Part shown: positions 17,908-27,466 of the stretch, in pieces | Layout: every line of letters starts with the position of its first letter | Position numbering within the stretch: the stretch's first letter is position 1 | NCBI GenBank assembly: GCA_964637295.1 | Contig: CAZWWE010000004.1 | Coordinates: 26,674-90,673, forward strand | Direction: 5' to 3' | From: an uncultured Pseudomonadales bacterium | GTDB lineage: Bacteria; Patescibacteriota; Microgenomatia; UBA1400; PJMF01 | Length of the DNA stretch: 64,000 bases | Made by a program: the position numbers and the translations under genes | The notes under the pieces: generated by a model | What the model was told of the DNA's origin: nothing | The model's database searches: none | Seen by the model: the letters and a program-made list of their open reading frames with translations, nothing else

Positions 17908-18504
17908 TTATAAAAGAGAAAGAATTTCTCGTTTATTTTTTACTTCTACCCATTGACCATCTTCTTCGATGTAAATTGGTAAATTATTTTCCAGAATGTG
18001 ATCAGTAAAGAGAATGCCCTGCAAATGATCGTATTCGTGTTGAATCACTCTTGCGTCAAAATCACTAAAACGAATTTTTTTGTTTTTCAGCGTGAATTTT
18101 TTATTAAGTAAATCATGATAAAAAATGCTCTGATATTGGATTTTTATCCATTCGTAACGAGGTACTGGGCCATAGAGTAGAGGGATGGAAAGACAACCTT
18201 CAAATCTCTCTTCACCATTGGCTAGACCTTTAATTTTTTTCTTACTGGTTTTAGTAATGACAGGATTGATAAAAAATTCAATTTTTGGTTTTTGACTCGC
18301 TTGATTTTCTGCGCCCAAAATGGCAGCAAAAACCTGCAGAGACTTATCTACTTGAGGAGCTGCTAAGCCAACTCCACTAGGTTGTTCTTTTTCGAGTAAA
18401 GTTTTGGCTAATTGTTCTAAAAACCCAAAAAACTTTTTATCAAAAACATCAATTGTTTTAGCTTTTTGACGTAAAGTTTGATGTGGGGCGCTAATAATTT
18501 TCAT
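17908..18504 (-). CDS. def: peptide deformylase
   Basis: GVGLAAPQV, EGCLSIP and QHEYDHLQG deformylase motifs I-III. Confidence 0.95.
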   Translation of the reverse strand: MKIISAPHQTLRQKAKTIDVFDKKFFGFLEQLAKTLLEKEQPSGVGLAAPQVDKSLQVFAAILGAENQASQKPKIEFFINPVITKTSKKKIKGLANGEERFEGCLSIPLLYGPVPRYEWIKIQYQSIFYHDLLNKKFTLKNKKIRFSDFDARVIQHEYDHLQGILFTDHILENNLPIYIEEDGQWVEVKNKREILSLL

Positions 18505-18549
18505 CTTTATAAGCTTGTATTATACAGTAACACCACCTTATTTATTGGA

Positions 18550-19374
18550 TTAGAGAAATTTATTGTTTAAATTTTTTTGAATAATTTTAACAACATCAGC
18601 TTTTTTATTTAAAACGGTCAAATGATTACCGCCTTTGATTACGATTAATTTACAATGAGTTAATTTTTTTTGTAGCGAAAAAGCAAAGGGGAGTGGAAAA
18701 ACTCGATCTTTATCTCCATGAATCAAAATTACATTGTTTTTAATTTTGTTAAGTTTGTGTGAAAAATCGAAATTTATAATTTCTCTGCTAATGTATAAAT
18801 AACTTTTTGGTGAAGTGTGGAGAATATCTGAACCAATTCTTTTGGGATTGAAGTCGCCACTTTTTTCGTATTTTTGATAGGCAGGGTAATTTTTAAGATA
18901 CAAATTAGGAAAAAACTTTAACATAAAGAAAATGAGACCCTTGATAGGAAAATATCGATAAAGCATTCTGGCTAAGTCAGGTGCCTTATAAGAAACATTC
19001 AACAAAACCAAAGACTGAGAAAAATATGGGTAATTAATTGCCAATCCTAGAGCCAAAATACCTCCAAAACAATGTCCGATTAAAGTAGCATTTTCTGCTT
19101 TTTCTCGATGCAAAATTAGTATTAAGTCATTAATAAAATAATTTAAGCCATATTGGTAACTTTTTTGAGGTCGTTCTGATTGACCGTGTGCGCGAAGATC
19201 AATGTTAATAATTTTGTAATGATTTTTTTGAAAAGGCGCCGTTAAAGGATCAAGGGCCTTTAAACTGCCTCCAAATCCATGAATAAAAACTAGCGTTTTT
19301 TTGGCCTGTTTGCCGGTAAAAACTTCGTAGTAAATTTTGACCCCATCAATGCTTTGGATATTTTTTGCAATCAT
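18550..19374 (-). CDS. alpha/beta-fold hydrolase with Cys in the nucleophile elbow (G-H-C-F-G-G)
   Basis: LVFIHGFGGS oxyanion region, LIGHCFGGILAL nucleophile elbow with Cys instead of Ser. Confidence 0.7.
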   Translation of the reverse strand: MIAKNIQSIDGVKIYYEVFTGKQAKKTLVFIHGFGGSLKALDPLTAPFQKNHYKIINIDLRAHGQSERPQKSYQYGLNYFINDLILILHREKAENATLIGHCFGGILALGLAINYPYFSQSLVLLNVSYKAPDLARMLYRYFPIKGLIFFMLKFFPNLYLKNYPAYQKYEKSGDFNPKRIGSDILHTSPKSYLYISREIINFDFSHKLNKIKNNVILIHGDKDRVFPLPFAFSLQKKLTHCKLIVIKGGNHLTVLNKKADVVKIIQKNLNNKFL

Positions 19375-21524
19375 TTTGTTTGCGTTTGAGCACTGAGGCT
19401 AGCTTCAATAATTTGCAGTTTTTCTTGAATTAATTGATCTTCTGGGGCTAGATATTGCAAACAATATGAATATTGTTCTTTGGCTTTTTCAAGTTCACCT
19501 CTAGTAAAATACATGCGCGCCAATTCATTTCTGGCGGCCAAATAATTAACTTTAATTTCGACAGCGTATTCCATTTGTGCCAGGGCAGTATCATGTTGGC
19601 CTAGTATTTCTAAAACTAAAGCCAAGTTGTAATACAATTTGGCGTCGCTTGGAGCTAACTCGATTGCTTGACGAAGTACTTGTTCAGCAGAGGTATAAAG
19701 ATTTGGATCCAGTTGGCCTAATAAAATATAAATGCGTGCCTGACTTTTGTAAAAATTGAGATGCACGGGGTTGAGTTGCAGAGCATATTGGCCACTTTCA
19801 ATGGCTTTTTGAGCCAATTGTGCACTGTAAGTGCTTTGTTGATTTTTAGCAAAAGCAATACTTAACTTGGCATAATCTCCAGCTAATTCTTCATAAAATA
19901 AAGCTTCATGAGGAGCTTTTTGGATTGCTGTTTGGATTAAAGGTAGTCCAGTTTGCCAATCACCCACAGCAAAGGCGTTTTTGCCTTTAGTAAATAAATG
20001 ATCGGCTTGCCAAATTAGCCAAATTTTGGACAGCACTAATATAGCTATGATTAAAATTAAAGCAGACAAAAAATACTCTTTATTTGTTAAATTAATTGTT
20101 TTTTCAATCTTTTTATTTTCAGAAAAATTATCTAACTCGGTACTTGTTAAATGCAAAATGATCATGGCCAAGAAGCCAAAAAGTAAAAGATTACTTACTA
20201 CCGTAGAAAAACCAAAAAAATTGGCCACAAACATAGCCAACAAACCTGCCAACAAAGCCAAGATTTGACGTCTTTGCTTTTGCTGCCAAGAGTTTTTGAT
20301 CCCGACATAAAACACACTCCCAAAAATGCCGAGATAGCTCAATAAGCCAAAAATACCTGAATTGGCTAATAAATTTAGTAATTCATTGTGAGCCTTGTTA
20401 TATAAAAAATCCCATTCTGACACTAAATTATGAGTCAAAGGTCGATCTAAGTAGTAACTATAGGCAAAAGTTTCCACACCAGAGCCAAAAAGAGGATATC
20501 TTTGCCAAATTTTAATTGCTCCTTGCCAAACAATTTTTCTAATTTCTTCTGAAGGTGTACCGCCATTTTGATTTTGCCAATCAATGTTGGTTTGCATGAA
20601 CTTGGGTGTTAAAAGATTTAATCTAGTAGCTACCAATAAATAAATTATGACAATCACACTCACTAGGAAGCTGACAACGCCCAGCCACTTGAAGATTTTT
20701 TTTGTCAAAGAGGGTGTTTTCAACACGGTGATGAATAGTCCGTAAAAAACAAGCCCTAAGCCGAGGCCTATAAATCCCGATCGAGATTTAGTGTAAAACA
20801 AAGCGAGAAAACTAGTTAGCAAAGCAAATAGCAAGTACCAACGGCTCGATTTTTTTCTGGCTTCTAATAATTGATTTAGATTGAGTGGTATTAAGCTGAT
20901 GAGAAAAACTGCTAGCCAGTTTGGTTGGCCAAAAGTAGCAAAAACACGGTAGCGAGGATTATTGTTTTCTGACCAGCATTCGCTGTCAAACTTTTGCGTA
21001 ATTAGCCAGCAACTTGGAGAATGATTGAAGTGTTCAGGAATGGCATAGAGACTAACCAATAAACTGGATAGGATCAAGCTGCTGAAAATAATAGTTAATT
21101 GTTTGGGTTTAAGATTGGCAATCAATGCATAAAACAAGCTAATATAAGTTAGAGTAGATAAGAGACCTCCGTTAAATCGAGTGTAATAGCCAAACCAGGA
21201 AGTTCTTAAGTGCATGGAAAAGATGGTGGCCATAATTTGAGAAAGTAAAAATGCGAGCAAAAAATAGTCCAAGGGAGTGCGTTTGAAGATGAATTTTTGT
21301 TCTACCACCATTCTTAGCGCCCATAGCCCGAGCAGCAAAGTGGTTGCGACATAAACAAACAACATTTTGCTAAATTCGAACAACTCTTGATTAGCCCAGG
21401 TAAAAATGAAAGGTGTGAGAAAAAAAAGCAAATTAAAAATGACGAAAATTGACCTGTCTAAACCAGTGGCTAATTTTTGGCGATTAACTTGCATAAATGA
21501 ATGTGTTAAATTGAGATTGTACAA
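19371..21524 (-). CDS. polytopic membrane protein, O-antigen ligase/Wzy_C-like domain fused to C-terminal TPR repeats
   Basis: >10 predicted TM segments, followed by TPR-like helices (YYNLALVLEILGQHDTALAQMEYAVEI ...). Confidence 0.6.
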   Translation of the reverse strand: MYNLNLTHSFMQVNRQKLATGLDRSIFVIFNLLFFLTPFIFTWANQELFEFSKMLFVYVATTLLLGLWALRMVVEQKFIFKRTPLDYFLLAFLLSQIMATIFSMHLRTSWFGYYTRFNGGLLSTLTYISLFYALIANLKPKQLTIIFSSLILSSLLVSLYAIPEHFNHSPSCWLITQKFDSECWSENNNPRYRVFATFGQPNWLAVFLISLIPLNLNQLLEARKKSSRWYLLFALLTSFLALFYTKSRSGFIGLGLGLVFYGLFITVLKTPSLTKKIFKWLGVVSFLVSVIVIIYLLVATRLNLLTPKFMQTNIDWQNQNGGTPSEEIRKIVWQGAIKIWQRYPLFGSGVETFAYSYYLDRPLTHNLVSEWDFLYNKAHNELLNLLANSGIFGLLSYLGIFGSVFYVGIKNSWQQKQRRQILALLAGLLAMFVANFFGFSTVVSNLLLFGFLAMIILHLTSTELDNFSENKKIEKTINLTNKEYFLSALILIIAILVLSKIWLIWQADHLFTKGKNAFAVGDWQTGLPLIQTAIQKAPHEALFYEELAGDYAKLSIAFAKNQQSTYSAQLAQKAIESGQYALQLNPVHLNFYKSQARIYILLGQLDPNLYTSAEQVLRQAIELAPSDAKLYYNLALVLEILGQHDTALAQMEYAVEIKVNYLAARNELARMYFTRGELEKAKEQYSYCLQYLAPEDQLIQEKLQIIEASLSAQTQTK

Positions 21525-21552
21525 TATTTTATGTAATAAATGGAACCTGCCT

Positions 21553-22578
21553 ATGATCCAAATTCAAGACGATAATTTCAACCAAAGTACTTTAGGAGGA
21601 CAAACGAATTCAACTACGCCAACGAATTTAACAAGCCAAGTGAATTCGTCACCAATTACTCCAAAGCAAGATAATAAACAATCGGAAATCGATAATTTAT
21701 TGGCTGAAATTGAACGTTTAAGCAAAAATTTAGAGCAAAAAAGGGGCGGCAATGAAAATGAAACAGATTCTAAGAAAGATTTTGCCCCAAACAACTTGCT
21801 TCCAAATGCCTCACAGCCAGTTGGTCAAGTAAGCAGTCAATCAGTTTCGTCTGCGGCTTCCAATACTTCAGCAGATGAGAAATTTGATTTTGATGCTTTT
21901 TTACATGATTTAGAGAATAAAATTGATCAGGTCAAAGCAAATGAATCAACAACTGAAGCTGCTCACACCACCTCTCCAGTCAATTCTAATCAATCAAGTA
22001 ATAATCTGACCAGTGCTGCAAACGGAGTGGAAGAAACTGATTTTAGAAAAGCTCGATTGGCCAGTGATCTAAATTCTGCTGACAGCAATCATAATGTTGC
22101 TGAGCCAATTGCAACTCCAGAGCAGACTAATCAACAGCAAACAGAGAACAGTGAGGATTTAAAAGCTCAAAATATTTTTGAAATGCTAGGTCTCATGAGC
22201 ATTTCTGACGCCGAAAAAAATCAATTTTTAGATGAACTTGAAGAAGTGATTTGGGATGATTTTGTGGCTCATGATCTTGAGCTTTTATTGACGAGCGAAG
22301 AATTTGCTGAAGCAAGAAAAATTTTAGACAATTCAGCTAAGAGTGAGATGCAGCGTAAAGAAGACCTGATTGATTATTTAGACAAACTTTTACCCAACTT
22401 AGATGAACTGCTATACGACAAAGCTTTGGAACTAAAATCAGAAATGATGGGTGAGCGCCTAAGCAAAATGAAGGCTGACGCTGATCCCATGCTTTTAGCT
22501 AAAATTAAAGAGGCAGAGTCTCTGATTAGCCAAAATCGCTGGCACAGTGCAATCCTCTTACTCAATCAGCAGAGCTAA
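21553..22578 (+). CDS. hypothetical acidic Ser/Asn/Gln-rich protein with C-terminal helical region
   Basis: Start placed at internal ATG (MIQIQDDNF) because track ORF overlaps divergent upstream gene; low-complexity composition. Confidence 0.45.
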   Translation: MIQIQDDNFNQSTLGGQTNSTTPTNLTSQVNSSPITPKQDNKQSEIDNLLAEIERLSKNLEQKRGGNENETDSKKDFAPNNLLPNASQPVGQVSSQSVSSAASNTSADEKFDFDAFLHDLENKIDQVKANESTTEAAHTTSPVNSNQSSNNLTSAANGVEETDFRKARLASDLNSADSNHNVAEPIATPEQTNQQQTENSEDLKAQNIFEMLGLMSISDAEKNQFLDELEEVIWDDFVAHDLELLLTSEEFAEARKILDNSAKSEMQRKEDLIDYLDKLLPNLDELLYDKALELKSEMMGERLSKMKADADPMLLAKIKEAESLISQNRWHSAILLLNQQS

Positions 22579-22597
22579 TGTAGTAAACTATTCTTTA

Positions 22598-23266
22598 ATG
22601 CAGCCATTATCAGTTTTGTCACGCTTGGGCGTTTTTAGCTACAAACACCTGTTGTTAATCGATTTGCACAGTGCGGGCATGAGTTTTTATTTAGCCAAAG
22701 ATGTCAAGGAATTAAGTGCCATAGATTTTGCTCATTTAACTTTGCTAAAATCTCTCTCTTGCCAGAATTTATGTCAAAGAAATTTATTGGCCAACCTTAA
22801 ACACTGCCAAGAAAGCTTACAATCACAATTACAAGCTTTTGACTTAAAGCAATATGCCTTGATTTTTTTAATCTCTCCAAATCATAGTGTTTTAGAAAAA
22901 AAAGCTCTTTTATCTTTGACGCCTATATTTAAAACGGTAACTTTAATTGAACGCCATTATTTTTATAACTTCTATTTAATGCAAAAGAGAAATTTTTCCA
23001 AAATAAAATTTCTAATTAACATGTTCGACGATTGTGCAGAGCTAAGCTTGTTTGATCAAGATCAGCTTTTGGCTCATCAAAATACAGCCTTGCATAATTT
23101 TGTCATGCAAAGTCAAGATTTTTTTACTTCTCAGCAAAAGCAGCTAGCTTTCGCTAGACCAGATTGCTTTTATTTTTTTACCAACAACGTTACTCATCCA
23201 GTTGAAAACGCTGATCTGGTCAAAGCTTTGCAACTAGAGGCCATTGAAATAGACCAATTATGTTAA
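22598..23266 (+). CDS. hypothetical protein upstream of mreC
   Basis: ORF only; start set to internal ATG after stop of previous gene. Confidence 0.4.
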   Translation: MQPLSVLSRLGVFSYKHLLLIDLHSAGMSFYLAKDVKELSAIDFAHLTLLKSLSCQNLCQRNLLANLKHCQESLQSQLQAFDLKQYALIFLISPNHSVLEKKALLSLTPIFKTVTLIERHYFYNFYLMQKRNFSKIKFLINMFDDCAELSLFDQDQLLAHQNTALHNFVMQSQDFFTSQQKQLAFARPDCFYFFTNNVTHPVENADLVKALQLEAIEIDQLC

Positions 23267-24021
23267 ACAAGACTCATCAAGCAGAGCTAATTGCTTTATT
23301 AATCATCTTTATCTTGTTTTTCTTGCAATTCTTAAATCTCTTGAAACTGGATTGGGCTGTCAATCTAGCTAATAGTTGGAAAGTTAAAAACTATCAGTTT
23401 TTACAAATGTTTAATCGACCCTTACAGCGCATGGTTTCAATGTGGAAATTAACGGCTAGATTGGAAGATTTGCAATATCGATATAGTGAAGCGGCAGCTA
23501 GAGTAGCAAAAATTCAAGTTTTGGAGGCAGAAAATCAAGAATTGCGCAAACTTTTAGAAAACAGCGATCGTTCTTATCAAAAGGTGATCGTAACTGCGCC
23601 AGTGATTTCTTTTGCACAGAGCTTTGTGCAAGCTGGGGCTCAAGCAGGCGTTAAGCTTGGTTCAGCTGTTTTATATAAAGATACATTATTAGGTTTAGTG
23701 GATCAGGTAGAAGAAAAACAATCTAGCGTTTTACTTTTGTCTAAACTGAACGACTCTTATTTATTAGCAGAAACTGAAAACGGGGTAAAAGGCATCATTA
23801 AGGGCAATGGCAAAGAAGTTTTGTTTACCGAATTAAAACAAGATGATCCCATTAGTCTTGGGCAATTGGTTTTTACTGCTTCACAGGTTAGCATTGAAAA
23901 AGGTTTATTGATTGGTAGGGTGGCCCACATTGTTGAAGAAAATCCAGCTCTAGCAGTTAAAACAGCGGTGATCGAACAATTGGTTGATTTTTATGAAGCA
24001 AGTTTAGTGGAAATTAGGTAA
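23260..24021 (+). CDS. mreC: rod shape-determining protein MreC
   Basis: N-terminal TM, coiled coil (KIQVLEAENQELRKLLE), then beta-rich domain; followed by mreD-like and PBP2 genes. Confidence 0.7.
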   Translation: MLNKTHQAELIALLIIFILFFLQFLNLLKLDWAVNLANSWKVKNYQFLQMFNRPLQRMVSMWKLTARLEDLQYRYSEAAARVAKIQVLEAENQELRKLLENSDRSYQKVIVTAPVISFAQSFVQAGAQAGVKLGSAVLYKDTLLGLVDQVEEKQSSVLLLSKLNDSYLLAETENGVKGIIKGNGKEVLFTELKQDDPISLGQLVFTASQVSIEKGLLIGRVAHIVEENPALAVKTAVIEQLVDFYEASLVEIR

Positions 24022-24023
24022 AG

Positions 24024-24410
24024 ATGATTATATATTTAACTTTTTTATTATTGGTACTGAGCATCGAAGCAACTCTAGGTTTGCCCATTTTTTTTATTTA
24101 TTGGTCTTGGCGATTGTCTGTTCGTTATCAAAAACCGCAACAAATCTTTGCCTTATTTTTAATTAGTTTATTAATTGCTCTTTTTTACGCTTTATCTTGG
24201 CCTTTATTAGCTTTAATTTTACTTATTTTATATTTTTTTTGGCAAAAAATTCCGACTACTTATTGGTTAACTAAATTCATCTTGGTTTTGCTTTTCTTTT
24301 TTGCGTTTTTTTTCTTGGCGCACTTACATTTTACTTATTTTTATTTGCTCCATTTTTTGATTTTTTGTTTATATTTTTACCGAAATAATTTTAGGCATTA
24401 TGCGAGCTAA
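24024..24410 (+). CDS. mreD: MreD-like small polytopic membrane protein
   Basis: 128 aa, 4-5 TM helices, position between mreC and mrdA. Confidence 0.5.
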   Translation: MIIYLTFLLLVLSIEATLGLPIFFIYWSWRLSVRYQKPQQIFALFLISLLIALFYALSWPLLALILLILYFFWQKIPTTYWLTKFILVLLFFFAFFFLAHLHFTYFYLLHFLIFCLYFYRNNFRHYAS

Positions 24411-26202
24411 ATTTATCATTCTATTGGGATTTTTTGTAGCTTCTTTTAGCTTGCTATTAGCGCGTTTGATTGATGTTGCTCTAGTTCAGGGTCAGCATTT
24501 TTTCAATTTAGCAGAAGACAATCGTTATTTTATTAAAAAAAATCCTGCTGAAAGAGGTATTTTTTTAGATCGTTATCATCAAGCTTTGGTAAAAAATGAA
24601 AGACAATATTTTCGCCACCTGCAAGAAGACAGGCTTTATTCTGATAAAATTTTTCTCACTAGAGATGAAGCCTTGAGTTTTTTAGCCAGTGAGAGTGCCA
24701 ATTTGGGCTATGAACTCAGTCGAGTTTATCCTTATCGAGAGGCCTTAAGTTCAGTTTTGGGTTATTTATCTCCAGTGAGTGAAGAAGATCTGCAGGCAAA
24801 TGCTCAATTATCTTTAAATTCGAGAGTGGGCAGCATGGGCTTGGAACAATTTTTTGATCATCAATTACAGGCTCAAGCCTCTTCACTCAAGTTCGAAACC
24901 AATGCTCTTGGTCAAAAACAACGTCTGGTTGCAGAAAAGCCGGCAGTTTATGGGCAAAATATAGAAACTGCTTTAGATCCTTACTTAAGTCAAGTAGCTT
25001 ATCAGGCTATGGCTGGCAAAAAAGGAGCAGTAATCATTATGGATGCTAGTAACGGTGAGTTGTTGGCTTTAGTTAATAGTCCTAGCTTTGACGCCAATCT
25101 CTTTGAAGAACATTATCTTAATAATTTATATCATCGAGATCGTCAATCGAGTTTGTCTAAAATTACTCAATATCTGCAAGACGAGCGGCAGGTATTTTTT
25201 AACCGCAGTCTCAGTGGAACTTATCCTCCTGGATCAGTTTTTAAACTGATCACCGCTTTAGCTGCTTTAGAAGAGGGGGTGATTGATGAAAAAAGTGTAG
25301 TAGATGATCAAGGAACTTTGAAAGTGGGAGATTATGCTTATGCCAACTGGTATTTTACTCAATATGGTCGAGTAGAAGGTAGCGTCAATGTACAAAAAGC
25401 TTTGGCACGCAGTAATGATATTTTTTTCTACAAGGCCGCGGAGTGGCTAGGACCAAGCAAACTGGCTGAATATGCCCGACTTTTTGGTTTGGGCAGTCCG
25501 ACTGGAGTGCAAAGTCTGCAAGAAGCTAGTGGTTTAGTGCCAGATCCCGTTTGGAAAGAAAATCAAAAAGGCGAAACTTGGTATTTGGGTAATACTTATC
25601 ATTTTGGGATTGGTCAAGGAGATTTGCTGGTCACACCTCTGCAAGTAGCCAATTTTACCCAAGCCATTGCCAATCGTGGAGTTTTTTGTCCTAGTTCGCT
25701 TTTACCGATTACTCAACAGAATTGTCGAGATCTATTGCTTGAACAAAAAAATTTAGATTTGGTGTTAAGGGGCATGTTAGATGCTTGTAGCACCGGTGGC
25801 ACTGCTTATCCTTTGTTTGCTTACAATCAAAACATAGCAGCAGCTCTTGCCAAAGAAAATGCTGAGCTTGGTGCAGAAGAAAAAATTTCGCGAGGCATGA
25901 TTGCTTGTAAAACTGGGACAGCAGAATTTGGAGCAGCTGACGTGCGTGGTTATCGACAAACTCATGCCTGGATTACTGCCATTGTTGGAATGGATCCAAG
26001 TCAATGGTCGACCAGCGAACTTGAAACCGCAACTGATCCACAGCGAGTTGCCTGGCTTAATTTGCTTAAAGCCCATGGTTTTCCCAAAAAACTAGTGATA
26101 ACTGTTTTGGTTGAAAGTGATAGCGATAAAATTTATTCTGAAGGCTCACAAGATGCCGCTCCAGTAGTGGCGCAAATTTTAACTTGGATTAGAGGAGTTT
26201 AG
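24400..26202 (+). CDS. mrdA: penicillin-binding protein 2 (elongasome transpeptidase)
   Basis: SxxK (PGSVFKLITALAALEEG), SxN (RSND), KTGT (CKTGTAEF) transpeptidase motifs. Confidence 0.9.
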   Translation: MRAKFIILLGFFVASFSLLLARLIDVALVQGQHFFNLAEDNRYFIKKNPAERGIFLDRYHQALVKNERQYFRHLQEDRLYSDKIFLTRDEALSFLASESANLGYELSRVYPYREALSSVLGYLSPVSEEDLQANAQLSLNSRVGSMGLEQFFDHQLQAQASSLKFETNALGQKQRLVAEKPAVYGQNIETALDPYLSQVAYQAMAGKKGAVIIMDASNGELLALVNSPSFDANLFEEHYLNNLYHRDRQSSLSKITQYLQDERQVFFNRSLSGTYPPGSVFKLITALAALEEGVIDEKSVVDDQGTLKVGDYAYANWYFTQYGRVEGSVNVQKALARSNDIFFYKAAEWLGPSKLAEYARLFGLGSPTGVQSLQEASGLVPDPVWKENQKGETWYLGNTYHFGIGQGDLLVTPLQVANFTQAIANRGVFCPSSLLPITQQNCRDLLLEQKNLDLVLRGMLDACSTGGTAYPLFAYNQNIAAALAKENAELGAEEKISRGMIACKTGTAEFGAADVRGYRQTHAWITAIVGMDPSQWSTSELETATDPQRVAWLNLLKAHGFPKKLVITVLVESDSDKIYSEGSQDAAPVVAQILTWIRGV

Positions 26203-26250
26203 TTTCAGTCACACTTGCTGTAATTTTGTTTTGGCATACTTAGTAAATAG

Positions 26251-27414
26251 ATGTTTCAAACTCAATCATCTCAAGCAATTTTAGAACACAAAGCTTTTTT
26301 AATTGCTTTATTATCCTTATCTGGAGTGGGGGCCAAAACAGTTTTGAGAATTTTAGATGTTTGCCGCCAAAAGCAACTGAGCGAAGCAGAGTTTTGGGTT
26401 AATCGTTATCATATTTGGCAGGAAATGCTCTTAAAAGAAAAAACGATTGAGTCAATTAAAAAGTTCAAAAAAGAACATAATTTATTAGACAATTTATTAA
26501 ATATAGAAAATTCGGGTATTCAGGTGCTTACTTTCGAAGAAGCAGCTTATCCGCGCCTCTTAGCAAACATTGAAGATTTCCCAGTGGCTTTATTTATTAA
26601 GAGTCAAGTTAAAGTAGGTAGCCAAATTTGGCAGCAAATGTTTGAGAGCACATTGTCCGTGGTGGGAACAAGAAGAATGACAACCTATGGACGCCTAGCG
26701 ATCAATCGTCTCATACCTGACTTGGTGAGAGCAGGGCAAACAATTGTTTCTGGTTTTATGTACGGCGTAGATTTATTTGCTGCACAGGTCGCACTTGCGA
26801 GTCAAGGCAAAACGATTGCAGTCTTGGGCTATGGTTTAGATCATTGTTTTCCTCTTAGTCAGCAAAAAATGATGCAACAATTTTTAGAGCAAAAAGCAAT
26901 TTTTTTATCAGAATTTGTGCCACAAACGCCACCTCGGGCTGCCAATTTCGTTACTCGCAATCGCATCGTTGCTGCTTTATCTAAGGCGACTCTAATTATA
27001 GAAGCTGCTGTCAGAAGTGGTTCTCACATTACCGCTAGTTATGCCGCTGATTATGGACGCTTGGTCTTAGCCGTACCTGGTCCGATCACTAATCCGTTCA
27101 GCGAAGGCACTAAGGCACTTGTCAATCAAGGGGCGATTTTAGTCAATAATGCTCAAGATGTTTTGCAAGAAATTAGCACAGATTATCATTGGCAAAATCA
27201 AATCACTGCTGAAAAGTCAGTAAAAACCAATCAACTAAGCAATGCCAATACCCAATTATTATTGGATCAGCTAGGAGTATATCCAGATTTAAGTTTTGAA
27301 GCTTTGCAACAAAGCACCAAGCTTGATCCTGCGCAATTAAATCAATTGCTTTTTGAATTAGAATTACAAGGTAAAATTATCAAAAAATGGGGCAAGTATT
27401 GCTTAATAAGCTAA
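26251..27414 (+). CDS. dprA: DNA processing protein DprA/Smf
   Basis: VGTRRMTTYG...IVSGFMYGVDLFAAQVALAS...RNRIVAALSKATLIIEA Rossmann-like DprA core. Confidence 0.85.
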   Translation: MFQTQSSQAILEHKAFLIALLSLSGVGAKTVLRILDVCRQKQLSEAEFWVNRYHIWQEMLLKEKTIESIKKFKKEHNLLDNLLNIENSGIQVLTFEEAAYPRLLANIEDFPVALFIKSQVKVGSQIWQQMFESTLSVVGTRRMTTYGRLAINRLIPDLVRAGQTIVSGFMYGVDLFAAQVALASQGKTIAVLGYGLDHCFPLSQQKMMQQFLEQKAIFLSEFVPQTPPRAANFVTRNRIVAALSKATLIIEAAVRSGSHITASYAADYGRLVLAVPGPITNPFSEGTKALVNQGAILVNNAQDVLQEISTDYHWQNQITAEKSVKTNQLSNANTQLLLDQLGVYPDLSFEALQQSTKLDPAQLNQLLFELELQGKIIKKWGKYCLIS

Positions 27415-27466
27415 AATAGCTTTAGAATGGGCAGCAGCTTGTACGTTTTTTGAAAGAAAGTAATTT

